64,000 bases of DNA. Source: Candidatus Atribacteria bacterium UBA6794. Lineage in GTDB: Bacteria > Atribacterota > Phoenicimicrobiia > Phoenicimicrobiales > Stramentimicrobiaceae. How positions within the stretch are numbered: position 1 is the first letter of the stretch; every line of letters starts with the position of its first letter. The position numbers and the translations under genes were made by a program. The notes under the pieces were generated by a model, which worked only from the letters and a program-made list of their open reading frames with translations, had not been told where the DNA came from and did no database searches. The stretch lies in assembly GCA_002452835.1 (NCBI GenBank), contig DKFO01000072.1, forward strand, positions 9,902-73,901, in the 5' to 3' direction. This document shows positions 1-9,417 of the stretch, piece after piece.

Positions 1-258
1 GAATAAGCCGTAATCATATTTTTATCATACCTTTGAATACAATTATATTACCTATAACAATTTTCATCTATAATATTAGGGACTACAGGTATCTTTTCCT
101 CAATTTGGGATTGAACTTTACCCAATCCCCTAATAAGGCGATATATGAGAAAAGTAGCCTGTCCCCTTTTATTTATCTTGTATAATAGAGATCATCTTTT
201 AATATGACAAAGGATAGTCTCCTGATAGATTCATAATTTTAGCCTTATTAATTTCCCT

Positions 259-1338
259 TTATTTATTTAGCATTTTTCCAGTTCTGTAATAAAAAAACAT
301 CTGATTGGATTCAATTTCTTTTGTCTTTTCCTTCCATTCGTTTAATGCTTTGTAAGAGGCTGTCCCGACTCCTAATGTTAACCCGATAACTGCGGCAGAA
401 ATACTTGATATTTCTGCTAATTTAGAAATTGCTGCACCGATTATTCCCCCAGCCGGTATTTCCCATGGTCTTTCGGTAATTATATCTAATAAGTTTACTA
501 AATATTTATTTGATTTACATTCTTCTTCAATTTCCAATATTGCAGGTTCTACTTTTTGGTAAAATACTTTTTCAACATAATACTTAAAGTCTTCATCCCA
601 TGGTTCATATTTAATTCTTTCAGACATCTCAATTATAGCCGATCTAAATCTTACTAGTGGTTTATTCAATGTTTTTCTAATATCTAAAATCTCGTCAATT
701 GTCGCCTTATCGAAATTAGGAAGCCTTTGAAACATATTAAATGCCAGCCCAATTTGTTTTAATTTTTCGGTCCCGGATTCAGTAATACTTAGCTTTCCTT
801 CTTTTATATTAGCCCCAACCAAGTTCAATCCATTTTCATCCAATAGAGGGAAGGTATATTCTGGTATTTTTGACTTTGAAATAGTATATATCTCTAGATC
901 CCCAGCCTTTATAGCTGAGTCAAGTTTGCTAATTCCAATTTGTGATTTTAACTCATTCCATATAGATATAAATGTATTAGAAAAATGATTAAATAATTCA
1001 TTTACTAAATCTTCTAAATTAACATTTTTATTTTTTATATATTCTTGAATTATATCAATTTCTTCTTTTGACCCTTTATAGTTCTTTGAAATATCAATTA
1101 ACTTTCCTATACAATTAGACTTAATATCTTTCATTATTTGTTGTGTTTCTTTATCTTTATTTAATTCGCCTATCATATAAGGAAGTGAAAATAATACTAT
1201 CGGGATAATACTAAATAATAATACTTTGTCAGCATAAAGTAATGATGTTTTTACTAATCTGATATCATAATTTATATCTAATAGTTCTTTTTCGCTAGAT
1301 GGGAATGGTATTGCTGTAATATGTAGTTCTTTTATCAC
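259..1338 (-). CDS. hypothetical protein with an N-proximal TM helix and a C-terminal Gly/Ala-rich amphipathic segment, at the tail of the Type I RM operon (candidate defense-associated effector)
   Basis: 359 aa ORF, same strand and ~70 bp spacing after the hsdMS-downstream small ORF. Hydrophobic stretch VLLFSIIPIVLFSLPYMIG. C-terminal IPAGGIIGAAISKLAEISSISAAVIGLTLGVGTASY is glycine-zipper-like. No recognisable catalytic motif. Confidence 0.5.
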   Translation of the reverse strand: MIKELHITAIPFPSSEKELLDINYDIRLVKTSLLYADKVLLFSIIPIVLFSLPYMIGELNKDKETQQIMKDIKSNCIGKLIDISKNYKGSKEEIDIIQEYIKNKNVNLEDLVNELFNHFSNTFISIWNELKSQIGISKLDSAIKAGDLEIYTISKSKIPEYTFPLLDENGLNLVGANIKEGKLSITESGTEKLKQIGLAFNMFQRLPNFDKATIDEILDIRKTLNKPLVRFRSAIIEMSERIKYEPWDEDFKYYVEKVFYQKVEPAILEIEEECKSNKYLVNLLDIITERPWEIPAGGIIGAAISKLAEISSISAAVIGLTLGVGTASYKALNEWKEKTKEIESNQMFFYYRTGKMLNK

Positions 1339-1405
1339 TTTTTATACCACCTTTTATTTTTTAATTAAAATATTATTCTGGCTGTAGAAAAAATCAAAAG
1401 AATTT

Positions 1406-1729
1406 TCACATTTCCAAGACATTTATAAGTTGCTCATATTTATTTTTAATATATTCATAGTTACTTGCAGCTTTAGGGCCAACGTAAACATTTCTTGCTC
1501 TATATGTTTCAGACCGAAATTTCAATCCGAGAATATTTTGACAACCGATATCTTTGTATGATAAATACACCAAACCTGTTTTGGTTACTCTAAGCTGATT
1601 ATTTATTCTATCATCAGCATTAGAAATAATTTCGCGATATTTTTCTAAGCCAAAATCTTTATAAAGAGGATAATGGGGGTAATTATAACAGAAAAGGTAT
1701 TCATATTTGTCATATAGACTAATAACCAT
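1406..1729 (-). CDS. hypothetical small protein (107 aa), co-oriented between hsdMS and the 359 aa ORF
   Basis: Intact ORF with a short gap (70 bp) to the hsdMS stop. No recognisable motif. Confidence 0.4.
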   Translation of the reverse strand: MVISLYDKYEYLFCYNYPHYPLYKDFGLEKYREIISNADDRINNQLRVTKTGLVYLSYKDIGCQNILGLKFRSETYRARNVYVGPKAASNYEYIKNKYEQLINVLEM

Positions 1730-1799
1730 ACAGCTTTCATTAATTAATTGTTTCGGAATAGATGGGCATACGGATACTAGAATAATATCTTTGCTTTAA

Positions 1800-4160
1800 T
1801 TATTCACCCCAGACTTCTGCTATTTTGTCTTTGATTTTCTGTTCATAAATTCTAATTAATTCTTTGTTGGCATCAATGATTTTTTGTTCATTTTCGATTT
1901 TTTCAACAATCTTTTTTTGAATCTCGATACTTGGTAAGGGAATCTTATATTTTGAATATACATCATTTCTATTTAATCCCGGAATCCCTGCTCCATTCTT
2001 TATACTTGGTAGATTCAATTTTTTTAAAATAAAATATACATATTTTAAGTCAGCTTTTTTCGGATAATTTAATTTAACATAATATGTTGTATCTATAGGA
2101 AAACAATCTTTATCTTGCCATACTACTTCCCCTGCAGAACCTTTTCTTCCAACAATAATTGCAGGGCCTTTTATCAAATAATCATTATGGTAACCACTAA
2201 TTCCATGAGAACCCATTACGGGGTATTTCCCCGGCTTGCGATCTCGTTTAGGTAATCCTTTCCCATATTCTAATGTACAAACTTTATTTAATTCAACCAA
2301 TTCCCAGTTGGGGTCGATTTTGAAGGTTGATTTGTAGTTTTCTACTACCTGTCTGGCGCCATCAATTATTTTTTGATAGCTTTCCAGTTCGGCAACGATT
2401 TGTTCCTGTATTTCAAGTGGGGGCAAAGGAATTTTAAAAGGAATTAAAGATTGACGTGTAATCTGAGGTTGTGCTGCCCCTGAAATTATAGGTGTTAAAT
2501 TTGAATGTTTTAGAAGATAAAATAAATATTTTTTATCAATAACTTTATTTTTTGGTGTAACAACCATTGCATTTCCAGTAATCCATGATTTTGGTTTTGA
2601 AATATTCAGAGTACCGCATGTTGCACCTCTACAAGTAATTAAGACCTCTTCATTTTCATGATTATAATTGTTGTATCTTCCTATAACTCCGTTAGCACCA
2701 AAAACTAAATATTTCCCATTTTCTATCATTTCCTTTTGACTAATTGTCTTTGGTTGATAAATTTCACATACTTCTCCCAGTTCAACAAAGTCCCATTTCC
2801 CCCTATAAACTACTGTTTCTTTGTATCTGTCACTGCTTAAGTTGTAATCTCCGCTTTGGGCAATCTTTTCTTTTTTAACCAAATGTGCTAATTTTGCTTC
2901 ATTGGTATCTAATTTCAGTTCTATATCTTCATTAATAGACTCCTGGTATTTTTTCATAATTTCTAGAGCAAGGAGCAAATCATTTTCATTGATTTTACGA
3001 CGTTGGGCACCAAGGTCAAAACCGTCATGGTTAATTTTTACAAATAAAATACTATCGGTCCTTTTAGCCAGGTCTTTATTCAAGAACAATATGGAAGTCT
3101 TAACCCCGGAATAGGGATTAAATACTCCGGCAGGAAGAGAGACAACTGCATAGAGAGAGTTTTCAATTAAACTTTTACGGAGTTTTTTATAAGCATTGCC
3201 AGATTGAAAGATAATTCCCTCCGGAACAATGACAGCTCCACGACCATTAGGTGTGAGATGTTCGGCAATATAATCGACAAAAAGAACTTCGGAACGTTTG
3301 GACTGAATACTGAAACGTTTGTGTGGTCTGATCCCTCCACGGGGTGACATAAAAGGCGGATTGGCTAGTATGATATCATAATATTCATTCCATTTATCTT
3401 CATAGGTCAGAGTATCATATTCATAAATTTTTGGATTTTGTAATCCATGAAGATACATATTAACCAGAGCAATTCTAACCATATCTGGAGAAATATCGTA
3501 ACCAACAATATTCTGAACAAGTCTTCCTCTTTCCTCAGAACTTAGATTGACATAATTATCTATCCTGTTTTTATTCAGGATATGTTTATAGGAAAAGATT
3601 AAGAATCCGGCAGTGCCACAAGCAGGATCCAGAATTGTCTCATTTTTTTGTGGATCTGTTACTTCCACCATAAAATCAATAATATGTCTGGGTGTCCTGA
3701 ATTGTCCGGCTTCACCCTGAGAACCCATAATCGATAGTAAATGTTCGTAGGCATCGCCTAATCTTTCGCTATGGTCGTATTCAAATTCACCTATTACTTT
3801 CAGGAACATTTTTAGTGTTTCCGGGTCACGATATGGAAGGTTGGCGTTTTTAAAGATTTCCCGAAACAGTGGAGGAATGTTGGGATTATGGTCCATTATT
3901 TGAATTGCTTCAGAATAAAGATTAACTAATTCAAAGCCACTTACTCTGGGATCAAAAATCTTACTCCAGGAATATTTTTCAAATTCTCCGCTGAAAAACT
4001 TTACCTTTCCTCCTAACTCTTCGGACTGCTTATCTATATCATCCATAAATTTATAAATCAGGGCAATAGTAATCTGCTCTATCTGTGATTTGGGATCTGG
4101 TAATTTACCGACCAGAATATCCCGGGCCGTATCTATTCTTCGTTTGGTATCAATATCCAT
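1800..4160 (-). CDS. hsdMS: Type I restriction-modification N6-adenine methyltransferase fused to a specificity subunit (HsdM-HsdS fusion, two target recognition domains)
   Basis: The N half has HsdM motifs: GQFRTPRHII (cf. GxFxTPR), LDPACGTAGFL (AdoMet motif I) and NPPF (motif IV). The C half has two TRD-like segments, each followed by the HsdS conserved helical repeats LPPLEIQEQIVAELE and LPSIEIQKKIVEKIENEQ. It is one uninterrupted 786 aa ORF. Confidence 0.85.
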   Translation of the reverse strand: MDIDTKRRIDTARDILVGKLPDPKSQIEQITIALIYKFMDDIDKQSEELGGKVKFFSGEFEKYSWSKIFDPRVSGFELVNLYSEAIQIMDHNPNIPPLFREIFKNANLPYRDPETLKMFLKVIGEFEYDHSERLGDAYEHLLSIMGSQGEAGQFRTPRHIIDFMVEVTDPQKNETILDPACGTAGFLIFSYKHILNKNRIDNYVNLSSEERGRLVQNIVGYDISPDMVRIALVNMYLHGLQNPKIYEYDTLTYEDKWNEYYDIILANPPFMSPRGGIRPHKRFSIQSKRSEVLFVDYIAEHLTPNGRGAVIVPEGIIFQSGNAYKKLRKSLIENSLYAVVSLPAGVFNPYSGVKTSILFLNKDLAKRTDSILFVKINHDGFDLGAQRRKINENDLLLALEIMKKYQESINEDIELKLDTNEAKLAHLVKKEKIAQSGDYNLSSDRYKETVVYRGKWDFVELGEVCEIYQPKTISQKEMIENGKYLVFGANGVIGRYNNYNHENEEVLITCRGATCGTLNISKPKSWITGNAMVVTPKNKVIDKKYLFYLLKHSNLTPIISGAAQPQITRQSLIPFKIPLPPLEIQEQIVAELESYQKIIDGARQVVENYKSTFKIDPNWELVELNKVCTLEYGKGLPKRDRKPGKYPVMGSHGISGYHNDYLIKGPAIIVGRKGSAGEVVWQDKDCFPIDTTYYVKLNYPKKADLKYVYFILKKLNLPSIKNGAGIPGLNRNDVYSKYKIPLPSIEIQKKIVEKIENEQKIIDANKELIRIYEQKIKDKIAEVWGE

Positions 4161-4170
4161 CTTTTCTCCT

Positions 4171-6696
4171 TCAGGCTATAAAAGTATTTAAGAGAACATA
4201 GTCATCAATATATTCAACGATAGTATCTCTCCATTCACCTAACTCTTTCAAATCTTTCAGGGTAAATATTGGGTTGGTTGCCAGATCAGAAAATTCTTTA
4301 TTTTTAATGATTTCTCTTAATTGACTGTCGGTGATATAGGCTTTAATGAATTGACGGATAGTGTGAATCATTTTATGTTCTGGATGATAAAGGGAAATAA
4401 ATTTATCTACTTCTTCTTCCAGCAATTCATCTTTGCTTTTGAACTTCTTTATCTTACCAAAGATCTTCTCTAAAATTTCTCTTAAAGTCAACCTACGGTC
4501 TAAGTTTACTGATTTTCTCAATTTTTCCAGATTGAAATAATCTTCGGGTTTATCAAAAACTTCCTTTTTGATATGCTCTTCTGCTTCCTTAAATTTCCCT
4601 TCTTCTATAAACTTGATGATAGAAGAATCGGATTTTACCGTTTCTTCAAATTTTTCGAATAGTTTTCGGTCAACTTTCATTCCCTCGATGCCGACTTCAG
4701 TTTCTCTTATAATAAATAGGGGGTCTGGGGTAATACTTTCGTATTCGCCCTGAGGAGGTGGTGGTGGCTCTCCTTCATTACTCCCTGTTACAGGGGGTAA
4801 CTTAACGATTTCATCATAATTATATTTTTCTTCAAAGTATTCACAAACGGCAAAAAAGTCAAACAACTTAAAGTTGGTTTTTTGTTTAATATATTTTTTT
4901 ATATAATCTCTTTCGTCTCTTTCCTGGTAAACAAAATTATATTTACGAGTTCCGCGACCTTTCATTTGAACAAAATAGGTTGGTGAAAAAACTGGTCTCA
5001 TAAGACACAAATTTAAAATATCTTCACAGTCATATCCAGTAGTCATCATACCCACAGTAACACATACTCTGGTCTTGCTTGATTTATAACCATCTATAAA
5101 TTTAGTGTTACCATTGAGATTATTATTAGCAAAATTTATAGTCATTTGTTGGGCATCAGGGATATTTGAGGTTACTTGAACGGCGAAATCAGAATTATAT
5201 TTTCCAGGGTATAATTGTTGGGCGAATTTATTTAAGATTTGGGCTATCTTAGATGCGTGGGCTTGACTTACGCAAAATATAATACTTTTTCCAATTTCTC
5301 CGGTGAAAGGATCTTTCAGGGCATTTTCAAAGAAAGTCTTACAAAAAGTAATGTTAGTTTTTTCGGAGAAAAATTTCTTCTCAAAATCTTTTTGATAAAA
5401 TGTTATTTCTTCTTCATTTTCTGCCTCAGTTTCTATGAGAACAGAATAACCTTCATCTGATAGTAATTGAGTAGTAATCTCTGTTCGAGCATCTACTACA
5501 ATGGGGTTAACCAGATAACCATCTCTTACGCCGTCTAAGAGCGTATACCGAAAAGTGGGGTCTCCTGATGCACAGCCAAATGTGACATAGGTATCCAATA
5601 ACTGTCTTCTCTCTAATTGACGGGGGTCTCTTCCTGCTAATGCTTTTTTATCTATCTTTTTCAGGTAATCTTTAGGGGTTGCTGTAAGTCCTAATTTATA
5701 TCCAGTAAAGTATTCAAATATTGCCCGGCTATTACCATTAATCGACCTATGCGCTTCATCGGAAATTACCAAATCAAAGTCTGTTGGTGAAAAAAGGTCC
5801 TTGTATTTATTATTAAAAAGAAGAGATTGAACGGTGGAAACAACAATTTCAGCTCTTAGCCAGTCATCTCGATTTTCTTTATAGATTACCGTTTTGCAAT
5901 CATTCTTCAGGTATAAGATAAAATTCTTTCTAGCTTGTTCTTCTAATTCTAACCTATCAACTAAAAAGAGAACTCTTTTGGCATTTCCGGTACGAAGAAA
6001 TAATTTTATCACTCCCGCTGCAACTAATGTTTTACCAGTTCCGGTAGCCATTTCAAAGAGAAACCTGTTTTTACCTTCTTTGACTGCCTCCTGTATAGAC
6101 TTTATGGCATTTATTTGATAATCTCTCAGGAATTTAAGTTTGTTTTTATTAATAAATTCTTCTCTTGTTTCTGGATTTATCCAGTCAGGGCTGTATTGAT
6201 AATCTGGTTTTTGAGTTCTTACAATATAATCAGATTCAATATTTTCATTTAATATATTTTGAGGATTAGGATTAAAATCTTTTTTATATTTTATAGAGTC
6301 AAGGGTGGGAAATTTAGTAATCAGGTCAGGATTACCAAATTGAATATCCCAAAAATAATGTAAATTACCATTGGAAAGGATAACAAAACGAACATTAAGT
6401 GACCTGGCATATTTCCTGGCTTGTTCTTTGGCAGAGAGAGGGTCCTGGTCTTCTTTTTTTGCTTCTAATACCACCAGTGGGAATCCTAATTCATCTAACA
6501 GGAGAAAATCCACAAAGCCGTTTTTTGTTTTTTCAAAATTGTCCCCCAGATTGCTCAGCTTATCTTCAGTTAGCTTAACATTTGGCTCAAGAAGAATATT
6601 TGCTTTCCCTTCCGAGTTATCAAAAAATCTCCAACCTGCCTCTTCAAGAAGTTTATTGATTCTGATACGCGCCTTAGCTTCTTTAGACATTATCAA
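4171..6696 (-). CDS. hsdR: Type I restriction enzyme R subunit (endonuclease/helicase)
   Basis: N-terminal PD-(D/E)xK-like region (FVDFLLLDELGFPLVVLEAKKED). Walker A LFEMATGTGKT, DEAH box VISDEAHRS, helicase C motifs. A GEPPPPPQGEY linker precedes a ~190 aa helical C-terminal domain. The start is 10 bp upstream of hsdMS. Confidence 0.85.
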   Translation of the reverse strand: MIMSKEAKARIRINKLLEEAGWRFFDNSEGKANILLEPNVKLTEDKLSNLGDNFEKTKNGFVDFLLLDELGFPLVVLEAKKEDQDPLSAKEQARKYARSLNVRFVILSNGNLHYFWDIQFGNPDLITKFPTLDSIKYKKDFNPNPQNILNENIESDYIVRTQKPDYQYSPDWINPETREEFINKNKLKFLRDYQINAIKSIQEAVKEGKNRFLFEMATGTGKTLVAAGVIKLFLRTGNAKRVLFLVDRLELEEQARKNFILYLKNDCKTVIYKENRDDWLRAEIVVSTVQSLLFNNKYKDLFSPTDFDLVISDEAHRSINGNSRAIFEYFTGYKLGLTATPKDYLKKIDKKALAGRDPRQLERRQLLDTYVTFGCASGDPTFRYTLLDGVRDGYLVNPIVVDARTEITTQLLSDEGYSVLIETEAENEEEITFYQKDFEKKFFSEKTNITFCKTFFENALKDPFTGEIGKSIIFCVSQAHASKIAQILNKFAQQLYPGKYNSDFAVQVTSNIPDAQQMTINFANNNLNGNTKFIDGYKSSKTRVCVTVGMMTTGYDCEDILNLCLMRPVFSPTYFVQMKGRGTRKYNFVYQERDERDYIKKYIKQKTNFKLFDFFAVCEYFEEKYNYDEIVKLPPVTGSNEGEPPPPPQGEYESITPDPLFIIRETEVGIEGMKVDRKLFEKFEETVKSDSSIIKFIEEGKFKEAEEHIKKEVFDKPEDYFNLEKLRKSVNLDRRLTLREILEKIFGKIKKFKSKDELLEEEVDKFISLYHPEHKMIHTIRQFIKAYITDSQLREIIKNKEFSDLATNPIFTLKDLKELGEWRDTIVEYIDDYVLLNTFIA

Positions 6697-6965
6697 TCTT
6701 TCCTTACATTAAGGAAATTATTCTTGTTTAATGATAGATTTAGTAGCTATTTTTATATTTTATTTTCTTAAAGTATAATTTATTTTAACAAATTACAAGA
6801 GAATGATTTAGCAGTTAGTACTAAAAACAGATTGTTTTTATTATATCATACTTTAAGAAATAGATAAAAAGAGAAGAAATAAAGTTTTGGTTTGCAGTTC
6901 TCAGTTAATAGATAAGAATATATCATTTAGAAAGATCAGGTTGTGCTGGATTGTTGATAAGGTTA

Positions 6966-7003
6966 CGAACCTGTCCCTAAATATTAGTTCAGGGACAGGT
7001 TCG
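6966..7003. repeat. perfect 13-bp-stem hairpin (cgaacctgtccct / agggacaggttcg) followed by tcgcaataac; a member of a hairpin module also present at 22365-22406
   Basis: Inverted repeat read directly. It sits between the hsdR start and the radical SAM stop. It is similar to gcctgcccctaaactaatgtttagaggcaggctcgcaatgac at 22365-22406. Confidence 0.5.
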
Positions 7004-7071
7004 CAATAACTAAAATATCATACTTTTCTGGCATTTTCTCTGCATTTGCGCATTCATTTATTATGCACTTA

Positions 7072-8430
7072 CTACGCCTTTTTGGTTCTCTGCTCAAAGA
7101 TTGGTTTCGATTTCTCCTGCCATTGGGCAGAAAGGTTATCTAAAAATTGAGCAATTTCTCCTTCTAAAATGCTTTCTGCCCCTTCATGAGTGGGATGTGC
7201 TCCTGATTCGGCAATGATAGCCCTTAAATCTTGAGGATGGTCAATAATAGGACAGGGTGCCATTAAATTTTCTCCAAAGGGTTGCCGTTTTTGATAGGCC
7301 TTAAATAAGGGATTTTGTAGCACTTCTTTCAAACTCTTCTCCTTAATGTTATCTACGGCAAAATGGACAAAAGCACAAGGCTCCACTTCCCCTTTGGCAT
7401 TGATATGGAAGAATCTTCTACCACCAGCAATACATCCACCAGAGAAAGTACCATCATTCCAGAAATCAGCCAAAAAGAGAGGCTTTTTTGCTCGTATTTC
7501 AGGAACCCGATAAGCCAACATTTCCCTTTGCTCTGGAGTAATCATCATATCAAAGTCAGTATCTTTACCCACCGGAATATAATGGAAGGACCATCCGTAA
7601 ATGGCTCCCTTTTCTACCATATGGTCAATAAAGTCATCAGTGCCAAATAGTTCATCAACATTCTGTCTGGTTACGGTAAGACTGATACCAAAGATAACTC
7701 CCCTCTTCCGAAGCCTATCCATAGCCGCCATTATTTTATCATAGGTGCCCTCTCCTCGACGGGCATCAGTAGACTCTTTAAATCCCTCCAGACTGAAAGC
7801 CGGACTGATATTACCTACCTCTACCATCTTATCGGCCATCTCATCATCAATTAAAGTACCATTGGTATACATCATAAAAGCCACATCAGAATGCTTTTTT
7901 AAAATTTCAAAGAGGTGCGGATATAGGGTGGGTTCTCCACCAGATAAGGTGATAAAATAGATACCCATCTCCTTTGCTTCTGTTATAATCCGATCAATGG
8001 TACTTACCTCCAGGCTGTCACTCTTTTTATACTTGCCAGCCCAACAACCGATACAGTTTAAATTACAGGCACTGGTCGGGTCAATCAGGATAGTCCAGGG
8101 AACATTGACTCCCAGCTGGCGAGCTACTTCCTCCTGTCTGGGAATACCCATTAATCCGGCATTAACAAAGAAGTTCATAATCATTCCATCTTGGTAGCTA
8201 CGGGCAACCTGGGTAAGTTTCCGAACATACTGTTTTATAACTGTATTTTCCTGATAACCTTTCTTGATAGCAGCAATTTCTTCACGGTGTCTTTGAGTTA
8301 GGGCTACTTTATCAACCAGGTCCAATACTTTAATCAAATTTTTCTCGGGGTCCTTTTCCAGGTAACGCATAACTTGTCTAATAATCTGTTCAGAAACATA
8401 CTTTTTGGCAAAATTGAAATTAATTGCCAT
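7072..8430 (-). CDS. radical SAM/SPASM-domain enzyme with a ~120 aa N-terminal extension
   Basis: CNLNCIGCWAG (CxxxCxxC) at residues ~122-129. The C-terminal Cys-rich region (GGCIAGGRRFFHINAKGEVEPCAFVHF ... APCPII) is consistent with SPASM/twitch auxiliary clusters. 452 aa. Confidence 0.8.
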   Translation of the reverse strand: MAINFNFAKKYVSEQIIRQVMRYLEKDPEKNLIKVLDLVDKVALTQRHREEIAAIKKGYQENTVIKQYVRKLTQVARSYQDGMIMNFFVNAGLMGIPRQEEVARQLGVNVPWTILIDPTSACNLNCIGCWAGKYKKSDSLEVSTIDRIITEAKEMGIYFITLSGGEPTLYPHLFEILKKHSDVAFMMYTNGTLIDDEMADKMVEVGNISPAFSLEGFKESTDARRGEGTYDKIMAAMDRLRKRGVIFGISLTVTRQNVDELFGTDDFIDHMVEKGAIYGWSFHYIPVGKDTDFDMMITPEQREMLAYRVPEIRAKKPLFLADFWNDGTFSGGCIAGGRRFFHINAKGEVEPCAFVHFAVDNIKEKSLKEVLQNPLFKAYQKRQPFGENLMAPCPIIDHPQDLRAIIAESGAHPTHEGAESILEGEIAQFLDNLSAQWQEKSKPIFEQRTKKA

Positions 8431-8550
8431 TTTAATTCCCTCCTTTTACCAGACATCTACATATTAATAATTTGAACAAATTTTTAAAACTAATTTAGAC
8501 AGATTTCAGATATTTTTAAATTATAGCAATTTAATAGGCAAGCTTTTCTA

Positions 8551-8580
8551 TATTTTATTTTATTTTATTTTATTTTATTT
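8551..8580. repeat. pentanucleotide microsatellite (TATTT)6 overlapping the stop codon/3' end of the TetR gene
   Basis: Six perfect tandem TATTT units read directly. The TetR stop codon (taa, minus strand) lies at 8570-8572, inside the array. Confidence 0.9.
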
Positions 8581-9109
8581 TCTCTACCAGACGACAGATA
8601 AAATCGATGTTTTCCTCTTTTTCCTCCGGAAATTGCTGAGTAAAATCATAGAGCGTGATCATCAATAAACGAATCACCCTATCTTTATCTTTATCGGCTA
8701 TTTTTAAATCTTTTTTCTCTTCTGCCTTATAAACCAATGTTCTCATCAGCCTGAAAAGGTAATCTTGCATCTTGCTAAAAATTTCATGGTCAATATTTTC
8801 GCTTAAAATAACCCTTCCCAATTCCTTAAGCCTTACCATTTCGTCATAAAGAGCTGTAATAAATTTATAGGTGTCTCCACCTTGCTCTATGATTCCATCT
8901 AAAGCAGCATGAGTCTGTTCCAGACTTTGCCGAAAAACATTTAAGAATAAATCCTGCTTATTAATAAAATAATTGTACAAGGTACCTACTGATAAGCCAG
9001 CATTCTGGGCTATCATTTTCATGGTTACCTGCTGGTATCCCTTGGTGGTAAATAAATCAAAAGCTGCCTGATAAATTTTTTCTACAATTCCATTAATGCA
9101 TTTTGGCAT
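8570..9109 (-). CDS. TetR/AcrR family transcriptional regulator
   Basis: N-terminal HTH (VTMKMIAQNAGLSVGTLYNYFINKQDLF) typical of TetR family. 179 aa. Confidence 0.8.
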   Translation of the reverse strand: MPKCINGIVEKIYQAAFDLFTTKGYQQVTMKMIAQNAGLSVGTLYNYFINKQDLFLNVFRQSLEQTHAALDGIIEQGGDTYKFITALYDEMVRLKELGRVILSENIDHEIFSKMQDYLFRLMRTLVYKAEEKKDLKIADKDKDRVIRLLMITLYDFTQQFPEEKEENIDFICRLVEKIK

Positions 9110-9417
9110 TTTAGTTCCTGAATAAATAATATTAATTTTTCATGAACTAATATTCACTGAACCCATATTCATAATAATACCAGATTCTTTCTTTGTCAAG
9201 TTTAATTGGCAGATTTTTCTGTTTATCTACTGAGAGATTAAATAGAAAATGAGATTCCCGTTCTTAGTTCTCATATTTCCAGATAATAATAATCATTAAA
9301 GCTTAACAACAGGTTACTGGTTATGGAAATGAACTACTGGGAAAAAAAGATGTAAAATTTTTTAGAATATGTTATCTTTAAGAGGTTAATATCAGCAGGA
9401 GGAGTAATAGATTTTTA

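Noticed and set aside
2902-3114. 70 aa plus-strand ORF inside hsdMS, and similar antisense ORFs in the track at 4568-4753, 5239-5460, 5894-6118, 6371-6712, 7363-7650, 7745-7960, 7997-8197, 11345-11680, 11688-11912, 13072-13254, 13480-13701 and elsewhere
   Set aside because: Each is fully embedded antisense within a well-supported gene that has clear family motifs. They are low-complexity, have no RBS or motif, and are expected by chance in AT-rich DNA.
6697-7071. RiPP precursor peptide for the radical SAM enzyme in the flanking spacers (also 8431-8569 and 9110-9417)
   Set aside because: Only 10-26 codon fragments without convincing RBS were found (for example MNAQMQRKCQKSMIF; MEMNYWEKKM). 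None is Cys/Gly-rich or leader-like.
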